Under the pieces are notes generated by a model. It was not told the DNA's origin and searched no databases. It saw nothing but the letters and a program-made list of their open reading frames with translations. This document shows, piece after piece, positions 20,801-29,205 of a stretch of 37,579 nt of DNA (position 1 is the first letter of the stretch; each line of letters starts with the position of its first letter). The DNA comes from Candidatus Delongbacteria bacterium. Its GTDB lineage: Bacteria > UBA4055. A program made the position numbers and the translations under genes. The stretch lies in the NCBI GenBank assembly GCA_016937995.1, contig JAFGVM010000021.1:1-37579 (forward strand), given 5' to 3'.

Positions 20801-23123
20801 GAATTTTGCGTCAAAAAATCTTTACGAATCAGACAATATGTTCATTAAAATTAAAAACTTACTGAACACTAACACAACAGAGACTGTTACTCTGAAAAAT
20901 AAACGAACAAATGAGCAGACAGTTGTTGATCTGAGAAAAGTGGATAAGTATGACTATATCGGTCAATTCGATCTATCTTATCAGGCAAAATCAGAATTAT
21001 CTGTTACGGATGGTGATACTATACTTGCTTCGTACATTTATGATTCTCAAACATATGAAACATACTCTATTTATGATTCAAAAGTACAGCCTACAGATGT
21101 AACTGCACCTTCGATGATAAATGATCTATCTGTTAAGAAATTATCAGATAATAAAGTATTACTCAAATGGACTGCAACTGGAGATGACGGAAATACCGGT
21201 GAAGCGTTATATTATGATATAAGATATAGTTATACTGCTCTCGCTAATGAAGATGATTATTTGGTTTCGATACCAATTGAACACTCAAGATACCCTTCAC
21301 TTGCAGGGACAACAGATTCATTAATAGTTGATTTGTATGATATAGATAATTCAGTTACGAATGATCAGATCTATTTTTCTATCAAATCAGAAGATGAAAT
21401 GCAGAATAGAAGTGAGTTAAGTAATACTGCTTCAGTTAATTACCTAATAAATGCTTTAGAGGTCTCAGCTGAACTGAATGATATACATAATGTTGATCTG
21501 TCATGGATCGGACCATCAAAAGATTCAAAAGATAGCACAGATTTTAGGTATTATAAAATATTTAGAAAAGACAGTATTGGAACATTTAAATTCTTAACAG
21601 ATACGGTCACTGTTCCAAGTTACTCTGAGTCATTAAAAAATTATCCTGATAATGAGTATCAGTACCTGATCCAGGGTGTTTACGAAACAGGTAATACAGA
21701 CAGTCTATACTCAAATACGATATCTCTTGATAGATATGAGAACGTTACAATTTTATGTACACTGAATGATACAATAGATTATTCAGGTATAAATATGACT
21801 ATCACAGGTTCTCAACCTAGTGATTATTATCAGTCATTTAATAAAACTACAAATGCTCTTGGACTGATAGTATTAAGCGATGTTTATAAAACAGATTACT
21901 TCGTTGAAATATCAAAAGACGGTTACTTTACAATAATTGATACAATCAAAGTTAACGATAGTAGCAATAAATTCAACTGGAAGGTCGTTAGCACCGCATT
22001 AGCAGCGCCTTCACCAGGTTTTCCTGAAAACAATAGTTATATAACTGACGTCGCACCTGAATTTGACTGGAATGATATTGCTTATGCAAAAGAGTATAAT
22101 TTGTTAGTAGATAACGATAGTACATTTAACTCTCCGGAAATTTACGATAGTGTCGCTGTAAGTAATTATAATTGTGTAGCCAATCTTGCAGATGGAACAC
22201 ACTTCTGGAAAGTAAAAGCTAAGAATAATCCTTATGAAAGTGTTTATTCAACGGTATCTAAATTCACAATTGGTAAAGCTCCAATACCACCTAAATTAAG
22301 CATACCGGTAAACAGCAGTGCAATGGCAGACCTAACACCTGAGTTTGACTGGACCGATATCTCCACAGCTACCAGTTATCAGATAATTGTTGACGATAAC
22401 TCAGATTTTAGTTCACCAGAGATTGATACCACATCTACAGTAAGCAATTTTACACCAGTAACTGAACTTGGATATGAAAAATATTACTGGAAAACATTGG
22501 CTGTGAACGAATTCGGAGAAAGCCCCTATACTGCAACTTGGGAATTTGAACTAGGAAAAGCCCCAGCGGTTACTAAGTTATATTCTCCAGCTAGCAGCGA
22601 ATATATAGATACACAGAGACCTGAATTTGACTGGTCGGATGTAGCAAATGCTGCTGGTTACAGAATACTTGTTGATAACGATAGTACTTTCAGTTCTCCT
22701 GAAGTTGATGAAAATACTACAGAAAGTATCCTTACACCAATTAATGATCTGGCATTCGGACAATACTTCTGGAAAGCTCTTGCAAGCAATCGCTACGGTG
22801 AAAGTGAATTCACAGAACCTTGGGCATTTACTATAGAAGAACCTCTAGATGCTCCTGTTAATGTTGTTACAAGTATTTCAGGAAGCACTCTTACTCTTGA
22901 CTGGGATGCAGTTAATAACGCAACATATTATCTAGTCTATGCATCTGATGATCCTTATGGAGAATTTACACTAACGTCTATGGTAACAACAAATTCATAT
23001 AATGTAGATGTTAGCGTTGCTAAATTGTTCTATTACATAGTTGCAAGTAATAATCAGTTGGCAAAAGAACACGGACAACAAAATACAATTAAATTTGAAA
23101 ATAATGGTACAGAGGGGAAATAA
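14820..23123 (+). CDS. Giant (2767 aa) secreted multidomain surface protein: CARDB x3, Ig/PKD-like, carboxypeptidase-regulatory-like, central beta-rich region, Fn3-like domains
   Basis: Signal peptide (AWG|Q); duplicated CARDB+Ig unit (15733-17030); WTATGDDG...YYDIRYS Fn3-like domain; three PEFDW.D...DN.S.F.SPE-type repeats (22002-22840); terminal LDWDAV..ATYY.VYASDDPYG.F...KLFYYIVA domain. Confidence 0.88.
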   Translation: MKKCNGVQFMLILVLLIGSFWNAWGQDTRAAQAYVKEVDVNGASIKSIGYAEVDPNSTVTVRINVENNATISSFSGYADCVLWFVDKDLSFINSIWSEFETCVPYDVGDEKWNINYQEPRPISEVSIEATSTYLLPNADRDLEVTFTAPSSGSVYFLVRATFSNEDWSLQSEDPSSYTGYYDDQGYKVYRYRIDVVQPPPDIKVLSIWTEPSPPVAGVSCELYVEVENIGDGTATSVDFTYYIDNSEVQTDYDSSISPDEIHEEHDPYTFSSSGSYTYKVVVDQCDGEIVTSNNSKTMTVNVVDPPDLQVDNVSLLNHSCFAGDDITVYFYAWNKGGSTSPPSQAGIYFGYEPYARDSEKLYTVNIDALQDNDAESYSATFTIPESIDLNYSWVSVFIDDDNVVYESNDNNNIGTVEFELSGKRPPVVSSFTPATPLNVLTNETVNFTVNVTDEDGDLFYIYWYLDFMPMTQFDTPISGSSGSSSFEEQGFVTGDHTIRAMIQDKYGNQIDQIWNVTASPPPPDLYVSSIYVDPYYAYAGNELKVYFTIINSGDGSSPTTQAGVYFGYEKYARDSQPLATVDITPLSWGNDSEDYLATFTIPEGIDPNYDWVNVYVDFDNTIPESNDNNNIDGEEFDLKLVNDPIINSFSPSTPLEILESEAVTFEIDIYDSDGDLTNLRWWQDGWPMTLSDKELSGTNGSGIHEVDWFPAGNHDVRAVVYDGFGNTVEQNWAITSYPAGDLEVTVLNPSGVLCTDGTEVYLKKDGEAISPPIETIEGKVKYTGIPATTYDMIRVLKPNSNSDYAEYWGDKGPITVPGNETFKRYMPYITGVLVTDLNNEQQEVPFIEGEDIKVRVEVTNDDVISHLVKVKNIIDRNKDLTYDFNETSTEISIGAKSSKFIDFIFSNATIGEYYVRPINTFSDSPYPTDFTLTDTYAWLDTPSFSVVDAPPALTLAPIGNQTGTPGDPLYFTIRATGGTENFTYSTSELPGTSYFNPVSQLFNWTNPIAGVYDNVSFYVNDGVNTVSESITITITEEGNLSIVQGNVTDVDTSQPVDDCSVIITGEEYSSSVLTDVNGFYLFENVPNDFYKVNTKKSGYEIGNETLNITTTDTYDVNFSIKYAGVNSLDFSNNNELTIYATDITEIGTTNVFNLSGNVNINNILYFEGDVTVDKSANFDLNELSAACPIYVQTDTGNKYIFDNSVSKKFYIDGNNLISFSSLFILDYEYKVSGFNMKMPALSIDPGGNSVTINLIPSLPAPFNKIVEWESLLPIDDNPYVLIKEGLEMYDMKKIFNKDGLDDYEFNLNLSQNFKAFDIKDFSLSYNTSTELFAGSFDLKIPGSLTGSKDESNSFNDLPVEIHDADNNLIGTTSFENFVSAYEKSGKLFLGIKFEIEFINGKIDRLKVRLYDVKIPIANTGLNITAIEGEVAGLTDNMKIGAHVDIETGLEIIGHPVVGLTDFGVEIQPMNYLKGEGDFEIFEYPAASGKLQFDGDKKSLEAEGVLNLFDILVGKLSTSLKWMDFQGKGNMTLKTPSDYPWYLGWLIWSFGGPDTILGQVDTRIHNFEMSSMVTLWDWLSVAQKVEFAPLDGFPYFHYHLGTNYEDLYQIFKGTRGGKQIINFQVPENSSQLFAVVTNETNLFDIQLTSPSGKIYNNTYDQYLQVSDANQTVVFISNPESGSWEFSTDQTGDIQFKSMLQNQRPVTLINNPLTKGTRSNLINIDFTDYSDTLSVDVYYDTDNKHFDGSFIKHFDLINNASLQFDWANSDINNGEYYIYTVISDSHNSPVCQYAPGSIIVNNWYADPPQNLIVQQESDSVKVVWDENFDTNIFATKVFIRNISDGFIDEICVTDLNMAYIKDLEYGREYEIWAKHMNIDMLMTEKSNVSNLIFQSFGKGNNIPYFTMDTDSVFEFVEGQYREYSFLANDADGQGLIFDIVDRPTGMIFNGDKFNWTPQEDQKGAYNLLVTVTDGIDTDSLYQEFSVYSDEQAQVVLNFASKNLYESDNMFIKIKNLLNTNTTETVTLKNKRTNEQTVVDLRKVDKYDYIGQFDLSYQAKSELSVTDGDTILASYIYDSQTYETYSIYDSKVQPTDVTAPSMINDLSVKKLSDNKVLLKWTATGDDGNTGEALYYDIRYSYTALANEDDYLVSIPIEHSRYPSLAGTTDSLIVDLYDIDNSVTNDQIYFSIKSEDEMQNRSELSNTASVNYLINALEVSAELNDIHNVDLSWIGPSKDSKDSTDFRYYKIFRKDSIGTFKFLTDTVTVPSYSESLKNYPDNEYQYLIQGVYETGNTDSLYSNTISLDRYENVTILCTLNDTIDYSGINMTITGSQPSDYYQSFNKTTNALGLIVLSDVYKTDYFVEISKDGYFTIIDTIKVNDSSNKFNWKVVSTALAAPSPGFPENNSYITDVAPEFDWNDIAYAKEYNLLVDNDSTFNSPEIYDSVAVSNYNCVANLADGTHFWKVKAKNNPYESVYSTVSKFTIGKAPIPPKLSIPVNSSAMADLTPEFDWTDISTATSYQIIVDDNSDFSSPEIDTTSTVSNFTPVTELGYEKYYWKTLAVNEFGESPYTATWEFELGKAPAVTKLYSPASSEYIDTQRPEFDWSDVANAAGYRILVDNDSTFSSPEVDENTTESILTPINDLAFGQYFWKALASNRYGESEFTEPWAFTIEEPLDAPVNVVTSISGSTLTLDWDAVNNATYYLVYASDDPYGEFTLTSMVTTNSYNVDVSVAKLFYYIVASNNQLAKEHGQQNTIKFENNGTEGK

Positions 23124-25966
23124 TGAAAAAGTATATAACTGATAAATTGTCCGTACTTGTCATAATAATTCTAACAGCCTTTCCCCTTTTCTATACAATC
23201 CATGCACAGGAGTCTAACGATTCACCCGAAGGTGCACATGCAATAACCTGTCCTTACAATGGACTCGATACTCTATCATTTGAAGGTGATATCGACTGGT
23301 ACAGGATCGACCTTGCAGACAGTACTGAATACGTGATCAGTGTATATGCTGCTCCTCTGGATACATATATTTATCTCTACGGACCCGGAAGCGCAGATGG
23401 ACAACTGACAGGCAACCTCGTTGACTCTGATGATGAAACCAATTCTCCAGACCCTCAGATAACATACACTACAATTGAACCGGGATACTATTATTTAAAA
23501 ATTGCTGAATATGGGGTTTTCAAAGGAACAGGAGAATATACACTTGATGTAAGAGAAAGTGCTGCTCCTTCTAATTTTATCACTGTTACTTCTCCGAACG
23601 GTAGTGAAAACTGGTCAATAGGATCTGAGCAAACAATAACCTGGACCTCAGATATTATCGGTGATGTAAAGATTGATCTGCATAAAGATCATCAGTTCAT
23701 GGATGAGCTGGTTGTTATGAGCAATACTGAGATTTATACCTGGACAATTGACTCTACTTATACAGTTGCGGATGATTATTCGATCAAAATATCAGGTGTA
23801 ACCGATCCTGCAGTTGCAGATTCAAGTGATAGTTTTTTCAGTATTACTGACGGGAATGATGACCCTACTGAAGCTACCATAGTTGCTGTTCCCCATTTAG
23901 AGACTTACAAAATAAACATTGACGGTGATATTGACTGGTACAGAGTTTTACTTGACTCAGGAAAAGAATATAAAATCGCTATCAGCGACTCTCCTGTAGA
24001 TACTTATGCCTATTTATACGGACCCGGAACTGAAGATGGATCCAGCACCGGTCCGGTAGTAGATGAGGACGATGATTCGAATGGTGGGATAAATCCATTA
24101 ATAGTTCTCACTCCAGCCGATAGTGGATACTATTATTTAAGACTGGCACAAGTATCATTCAAATCAGAAAAAGGATCGAAAGATACTGGTGTATATACGT
24201 TGAAGATAGCTGAAAATGACATTACTCCACCAGCTATTGTTTCGACAGTTCCAACGACTGATTCACTGGGTGTAGCGATTGGATCTAACATCACTATTAA
24301 ATTCGATGAGGATATGGACAATACTACAATAAATACTTCAACTGTGACCATGTATGCCGGTACAACACAGATAGACGGTACTGTATCATACATGGATTCT
24401 ATCGCAACATTTGATCCTGATGCTGACCTGGAGTACAACACATTGTATACTATGTCTGTAAGTACCGGAGCGGCTGACCTGGAAGGAAATTCAATTACTT
24501 CTGACTATATATGGAGTTTTACAACAGAAAATGAGCCTTTATACATTGAATTAACCGCTCCAAACGGTGGGGAAAGCTGGGTTGTTGAAGATACTGAAAG
24601 GATCTCCTGGAATTCAAATATAACAGACAGTATTATAATTAACCTGTACAAAGCATCCGTGTTTTCAGAAAAAATAGCGACTGTATCAAATACAGATTTC
24701 TATGACTGGGCTATTCCGTTATCCATTACAGCAGCAGATGATTATTCCATTAAGATCACAAGTAAAACTGATTCAACACTTTTCGATGACAGTGATAGTA
24801 ATTTTATTATATTAGAGAGTGCAAACTTGACTTTAACTTCACCTTCAGGTGGAGAAAAGTGGGGAACCGGAACAACTCAAAGCATTACATGGACCACTAA
24901 TATTTCTGATCCGGTTAAAGTTGAATTATTTACCGGACTGATCTTTACAGATGAGCTGGCGATTACAAGCGGTACAGATAATTATTCCTGGGAAATATCA
25001 GAATATACAGAACCGAGAAGTGATTATACTATTAAGATCAGCAGTATTTTAGATCCAGCTCTTTCAGATTCAAGTGATGCATTTACAATATTTGTAACAC
25101 CTGAAGTTCCGGTTCTGATAAATCCTGCTGACAGTTTAATTACAGCAGATCAGACACCTTATTTTAATTGGACTGATAACTCAGATGCAGTTAAGTGGTA
25201 TTTGCTTGTTGATGATAATTCAGATTTTAACAGTCCCGAGATAAATGATTCTACAACTACAAATTCTTTTACACCATCAAGCGATCTTCCATTTAATGTC
25301 TATTACTGGAAAGTAAAAGCTGCGAACGATGAGAGCGAAAGTGAGTGGTCTGATACAAGGATGCTCACAATACTCTCGTTGCCAGATACTCCGGCTTTGA
25401 TATCTCCTGGTGACGGAGTATCTACGCATGTAAGAGAGCCGTATTTTGATTGGGCAGTTGTTACAAATTCAACTGGATATAACATCACGATCGATGATGC
25501 TGCCACATTTGATTCTCCTTTGATAGATGAACCGGTTTCAGCTAATAATTATACTACCGTTATCAGCTTATCAGACGGTACTTACTATTGGAAAGTAAGA
25601 GCAAAAAACGAGGTTGGTTATGGTTCCTTCAGCTCTATATGGTCATTCATTATAGACACCTCCTCAATTGACGAGTTAAACTTACCGCTATCAACACAGC
25701 TGTATCAGAATTACCCGAATCCGTTCAACCCTGAAACAACTGTATCATTTGATCTGGCAGATCAGAGTAAAGTGAATATAAGTATATTCAGTTACAGTGG
25801 TGAATTAGTAAGAACACTCGTAAATGACACCAGAGATGCAGGAAATTATACAGTAACCTGGAATGGGAAAAATAATAAAGGCTCTTTGGTTGCAGCAGGT
25901 ATGTATTTTGTAGTAATGAAAACAGAAAACTACAGAAAAGTAATAAAAGCGGTAATGGTGAAATAA
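23123..25966 (+). CDS. Secreted protein: 2 PPC, 3 Kre9-like Ig, Big_5 Ig, 2 Fn3-like, C-terminal FlgD-Ig/T9SS-like sorting domain
   Basis: TAATG overlap with the upstream stop; GDIDWYR twice; [SA]P[NS]G.E.W three times; PAIVSTVP...ITIKFDEDMD; LYQNYPNPFNPETTVSFDL...KAVMVK. Confidence 0.88.
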   Translation: MKKYITDKLSVLVIIILTAFPLFYTIHAQESNDSPEGAHAITCPYNGLDTLSFEGDIDWYRIDLADSTEYVISVYAAPLDTYIYLYGPGSADGQLTGNLVDSDDETNSPDPQITYTTIEPGYYYLKIAEYGVFKGTGEYTLDVRESAAPSNFITVTSPNGSENWSIGSEQTITWTSDIIGDVKIDLHKDHQFMDELVVMSNTEIYTWTIDSTYTVADDYSIKISGVTDPAVADSSDSFFSITDGNDDPTEATIVAVPHLETYKINIDGDIDWYRVLLDSGKEYKIAISDSPVDTYAYLYGPGTEDGSSTGPVVDEDDDSNGGINPLIVLTPADSGYYYLRLAQVSFKSEKGSKDTGVYTLKIAENDITPPAIVSTVPTTDSLGVAIGSNITIKFDEDMDNTTINTSTVTMYAGTTQIDGTVSYMDSIATFDPDADLEYNTLYTMSVSTGAADLEGNSITSDYIWSFTTENEPLYIELTAPNGGESWVVEDTERISWNSNITDSIIINLYKASVFSEKIATVSNTDFYDWAIPLSITAADDYSIKITSKTDSTLFDDSDSNFIILESANLTLTSPSGGEKWGTGTTQSITWTTNISDPVKVELFTGLIFTDELAITSGTDNYSWEISEYTEPRSDYTIKISSILDPALSDSSDAFTIFVTPEVPVLINPADSLITADQTPYFNWTDNSDAVKWYLLVDDNSDFNSPEINDSTTTNSFTPSSDLPFNVYYWKVKAANDESESEWSDTRMLTILSLPDTPALISPGDGVSTHVREPYFDWAVVTNSTGYNITIDDAATFDSPLIDEPVSANNYTTVISLSDGTYYWKVRAKNEVGYGSFSSIWSFIIDTSSIDELNLPLSTQLYQNYPNPFNPETTVSFDLADQSKVNISIFSYSGELVRTLVNDTRDAGNYTVTWNGKNNKGSLVAAGMYFVVMKTENYRKVIKAVMVK

Positions 25967-26055
25967 TACAGTTGATTAAGAGAATTTACACATTCATGAA
26001 AAAAGTTGCCTTGACGTTGAAAATCATTATAAAATGAAAAATTGAGGAGGAAGTT

Positions 26056-27894
26056 ATGAAAAAAAAAGTGTTGTTACTTGTTTTAATACTAATTTTAAGC
26101 TTAGTGGGTCAATCTCAATATAAATACGAAAGAAAGGTAATAGAATCTTTGGGACTACAAAAAGCACCCGGAACAAAATTGGGAATGATTGAAGGATTTA
26201 CCGTTTTCCTTGCAGATATTAGACCTGACGATGCGAAACCTAATGATGAAGAAAATAAGAATGTCCCAAAATTTGTCAACTACGAAGATGCAAAAGAGTA
26301 TATAGAGAAGAAGATTATAGAGCAGATACACATGAAAAGATTTCTTGCTTTTCCAGGTATTCCGTATGAGCAGGAAAGAATATCAATGGAAATTTTAAAA
26401 ATATCAAAAGAAAAAGAATTGACTGATGATGAAATATCTGATATAGTATTGAAAGTTGCAGCTAAACCGTTTATGAAAAGATTCGAAGCAATTTCTATAG
26501 ATTTAGCTTCAGATCGGATAATTGAAGCTAAGAAATTCATTGCAGAACAGTATAAAACTTCAAATGCATCAATGATTTCTAGAAAAGATTTGAAAAATGT
26601 AATAAATACATCTGCGTTCATGTATATGCCCTATGTGTCTGAATTCTGGCATGGAGAAGTTGAAGATAAATACGGTTGTTACATAAGAGGAGGTATAATC
26701 TGGTTTCAAGTAAAACAAGTAGAAGGTTTGTTTAAAGTGGAAGAGGTTCTGCATGAACATACTTTTGCAGGTAAATCATCAGCAATTAAAACTACGGATA
26801 TGATGGGACATACAGTTGATAACATTACAACCTGGTGGGGTGATGAAGATACTGACGGTGTACTCCAACTTGATGCTAAGGAGTTTTCAAAACGATCTGC
26901 AATATTACAATTTTGTAAAAATCTTAAAGTACTAACAGCTTCGGAATTAGATGAATTTAAATTACAAGGACCAATTATTGGACTGGATAAAAATGATGAT
27001 TCACAATTCGATATGAATAATGCCCAAGGAATCAAAATTGATCAAAAATTTGTAATTGGTGAATTTATTGAAGATGAAAAAGGTGATCTTGAAATAGAAA
27101 GAACAGGTTATGGATTTATCTCACATATAGGGATCGATTCAATAACATCTGATAAAAGATCTTCCGTGTATTTACAATCTGGAAACTACGAAGAAGGATT
27201 GATGTTGATCGAATATCCTACTCAACCGATTGATGTTTGGGGTAGTTTTAAAACTAAACCCGGCATTATCAAAAATAATGATGATGAAAATGATGGAATG
27301 CTGTTTTTTGGTGGAGCAGGTGGTTTTAGAGGTAATCTTGGTAATAGATTATACAAAATGACTGGGATGGAAATTAATCAACTATGGTTCCAGACAGAAT
27401 TCTTCTTTGGAGTTGGATCAGGTAGTGAAAAATCAAAGTATTTTACTGGTGACTTAACTGCTTCTCCTGATTCTTCTTCGACCTATTCACAATTTAGCAT
27501 AGAAGCAGGTTTTCTTAAAAAGTTCTTTTTTGGTAGGATAGGCATTCCATTATACGTAGGAGCAGGATATGGTGCAATTCAGGAAACTGTAATAAGGGAG
27601 AAATGGTATGAAACTGGTCATTATTCTGCTACTACCGAACTAGATCCTGAAACACATAAGGCAAAAGGTTATATATACATTGATTTTGCGAGTGGTCTCG
27701 AAATATCAATTACACCTTCATTCACTTTTACCGGTGATGTAGGATATGTTTTGGGAGTTCAAAAAGGTAACACAATTGACTTTAACGATGGCGAAGAACC
27801 TAAAGAAACCGATCCTTCGGGATTAAGATTTGGTGCAACATTGATATATTCACCAACAACATTACCATTTGATCCATTCTTTGGATTCTTTTAG
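26056..27894 (+). CDS. Outer-membrane protein: putative CsgG/TolB-N-like and FlgT-C-like domains plus C-terminal beta-barrel
   Basis: GAGGAGG RBS; signal peptide; FKLQGPII...GIKIDQKFVI resembles FlgT-C; C-terminal amphipathic strands (WFQTEFFFGVG, LYVGAGYG, FTFTGDVGY, LRFGATLIY). The N-domain assignment is weak. Confidence 0.55.
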   Translation: MKKKVLLLVLILILSLVGQSQYKYERKVIESLGLQKAPGTKLGMIEGFTVFLADIRPDDAKPNDEENKNVPKFVNYEDAKEYIEKKIIEQIHMKRFLAFPGIPYEQERISMEILKISKEKELTDDEISDIVLKVAAKPFMKRFEAISIDLASDRIIEAKKFIAEQYKTSNASMISRKDLKNVINTSAFMYMPYVSEFWHGEVEDKYGCYIRGGIIWFQVKQVEGLFKVEEVLHEHTFAGKSSAIKTTDMMGHTVDNITTWWGDEDTDGVLQLDAKEFSKRSAILQFCKNLKVLTASELDEFKLQGPIIGLDKNDDSQFDMNNAQGIKIDQKFVIGEFIEDEKGDLEIERTGYGFISHIGIDSITSDKRSSVYLQSGNYEEGLMLIEYPTQPIDVWGSFKTKPGIIKNNDDENDGMLFFGGAGGFRGNLGNRLYKMTGMEINQLWFQTEFFFGVGSGSEKSKYFTGDLTASPDSSSTYSQFSIEAGFLKKFFFGRIGIPLYVGAGYGAIQETVIREKWYETGHYSATTELDPETHKAKGYIYIDFASGLEISITPSFTFTGDVGYVLGVQKGNTIDFNDGEEPKETDPSGLRFGATLIYSPTTLPFDPFFGFF

Positions 27895-27990
27895 GACTTT
27901 AATAATATTAATTTTTTATTGTGTAATTAGAAACCGGGTGTTGTTATATAGCCCCGTTATAGTCTTTAGACATAAAATGGAGTAAATATA

Positions 27991-29181
27991 ATGTCAAAAT
28001 ACATTGTCTTTTTACTAATAGTCATGATTTCGTTTAATTTGTTTTCTTCTGGTGTGATTGTTAAGCAGGTAATATCTTCAACTGAAGTACTGATAGAATC
28101 ATGGGGTATCGGTGATGATCCCGGGCAGACAGAGGAGAATTGTAAGTATAACGCGGTATTGTATTTTTTAACGGATGGGGATCAGCCACTGATTTCAAAT
28201 GCCGATGAAAAAACAAAGTTTGAAAATAGTGCAATAAAACATTTTGAAAATAAATATAATATTGATCAGTACATTAATTACGTTTCACCCGACTGGATCG
28301 AATTGCGTACAAAAAAGATTAATGGCAGGAAAAAGAAAAAGGGATTAAAACTTATCACCGTAAACAGAAAAAAGATTGAAGATAAACTTGTCGCTGAAGG
28401 TGTAATTACTTCGAAGGAAGATCTTGAATACATTTTGGGTATGCCTTCAATAATGGTAATTCCCAAAGGTGAAAATATTATTTCTTTGTTAGAAAATCCG
28501 AATAATGAGAAAGCTGCTTCAACAGCAAAAGAAACTTTAGCAGATAATCAATATGAAGTGGTTATTCCTGAAGCAAAATTAGCTAATGACATAATGACTG
28601 GAGCAATAAAAAGTACATCGGAAACTTCAGAAATAGATATTGTTGCTACAATAGCTTCAGCTATCGGAAGTGATATTTATATTGAGTTCAATATTACCTG
28701 GGAAAACGGTAAAGCGATTATAACCTTAGAAGCATTTGAAACAACTACAGCAAGAATGCTTGGAACAACTACCGGATACGGTATGGGCACACAGAGCAAA
28801 TTTATTGATATTGACCTTGCAATGAAAGATGCGATACAAAAAATTATGAATCAAATAAAAAATTACTGGAAAAAGGATATTGAAAAAGGAAAGCAATACA
28901 AAATGACGTTCAATATTTCTAGTGAATTTGAAAAATATGAGTCTGATAAAATAAAAAAAGCAATTAAAAACCTCTTAAAAAAGGATACTTTTAAAGATAA
29001 GAAAAGAAACATCTTAACTAAGCAAACTGTAGAGTATATTATTTGGGTAAATCCGGAATTTGAGACTGAAGATATAGAAGAAATCGTTGAAGATGGGATT
29101 AGTACAGAATTGGACTTTGCTTCTATTGAAATTCTTACCGCAAGTAGAAAGATGCTTATATTTGAGATCATCCCCAACTAA
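27991..29181 (+). CDS. DUF6175-like exported protein (LPP20-like N-domain, CsgG/TolB-N-like middle domain, small C-domain)
   Basis: Signal peptide; motifs GMPSIMVIP, GSDIYIEF, LEAFETTTARMLGT.TG, WKKDIEKGKQY. Confidence 0.7.
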   Translation: MSKYIVFLLIVMISFNLFSSGVIVKQVISSTEVLIESWGIGDDPGQTEENCKYNAVLYFLTDGDQPLISNADEKTKFENSAIKHFENKYNIDQYINYVSPDWIELRTKKINGRKKKKGLKLITVNRKKIEDKLVAEGVITSKEDLEYILGMPSIMVIPKGENIISLLENPNNEKAASTAKETLADNQYEVVIPEAKLANDIMTGAIKSTSETSEIDIVATIASAIGSDIYIEFNITWENGKAIITLEAFETTTARMLGTTTGYGMGTQSKFIDIDLAMKDAIQKIMNQIKNYWKKDIEKGKQYKMTFNISSEFEKYESDKIKKAIKNLLKKDTFKDKKRNILTKQTVEYIIWVNPEFETEDIEEIVEDGISTELDFASIEILTASRKMLIFEIIPN

Positions 29182-29205
29182 ATTATTGATTTAAGGTAAA
29201 ATATT

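Noticed and set aside
26006-26035. Sigma70-like promoter (TTGCCT or TTGACG with TATAAA/TAAAAT) before 26056
   Set aside because: The best -35 has too short a spacer, and such matches are common in AT-rich DNA.
27932-27958. Imperfect hairpin between 26056 and 27991
   Set aside because: Bulged, weak stem with no U-tract; not supportable as a terminator.
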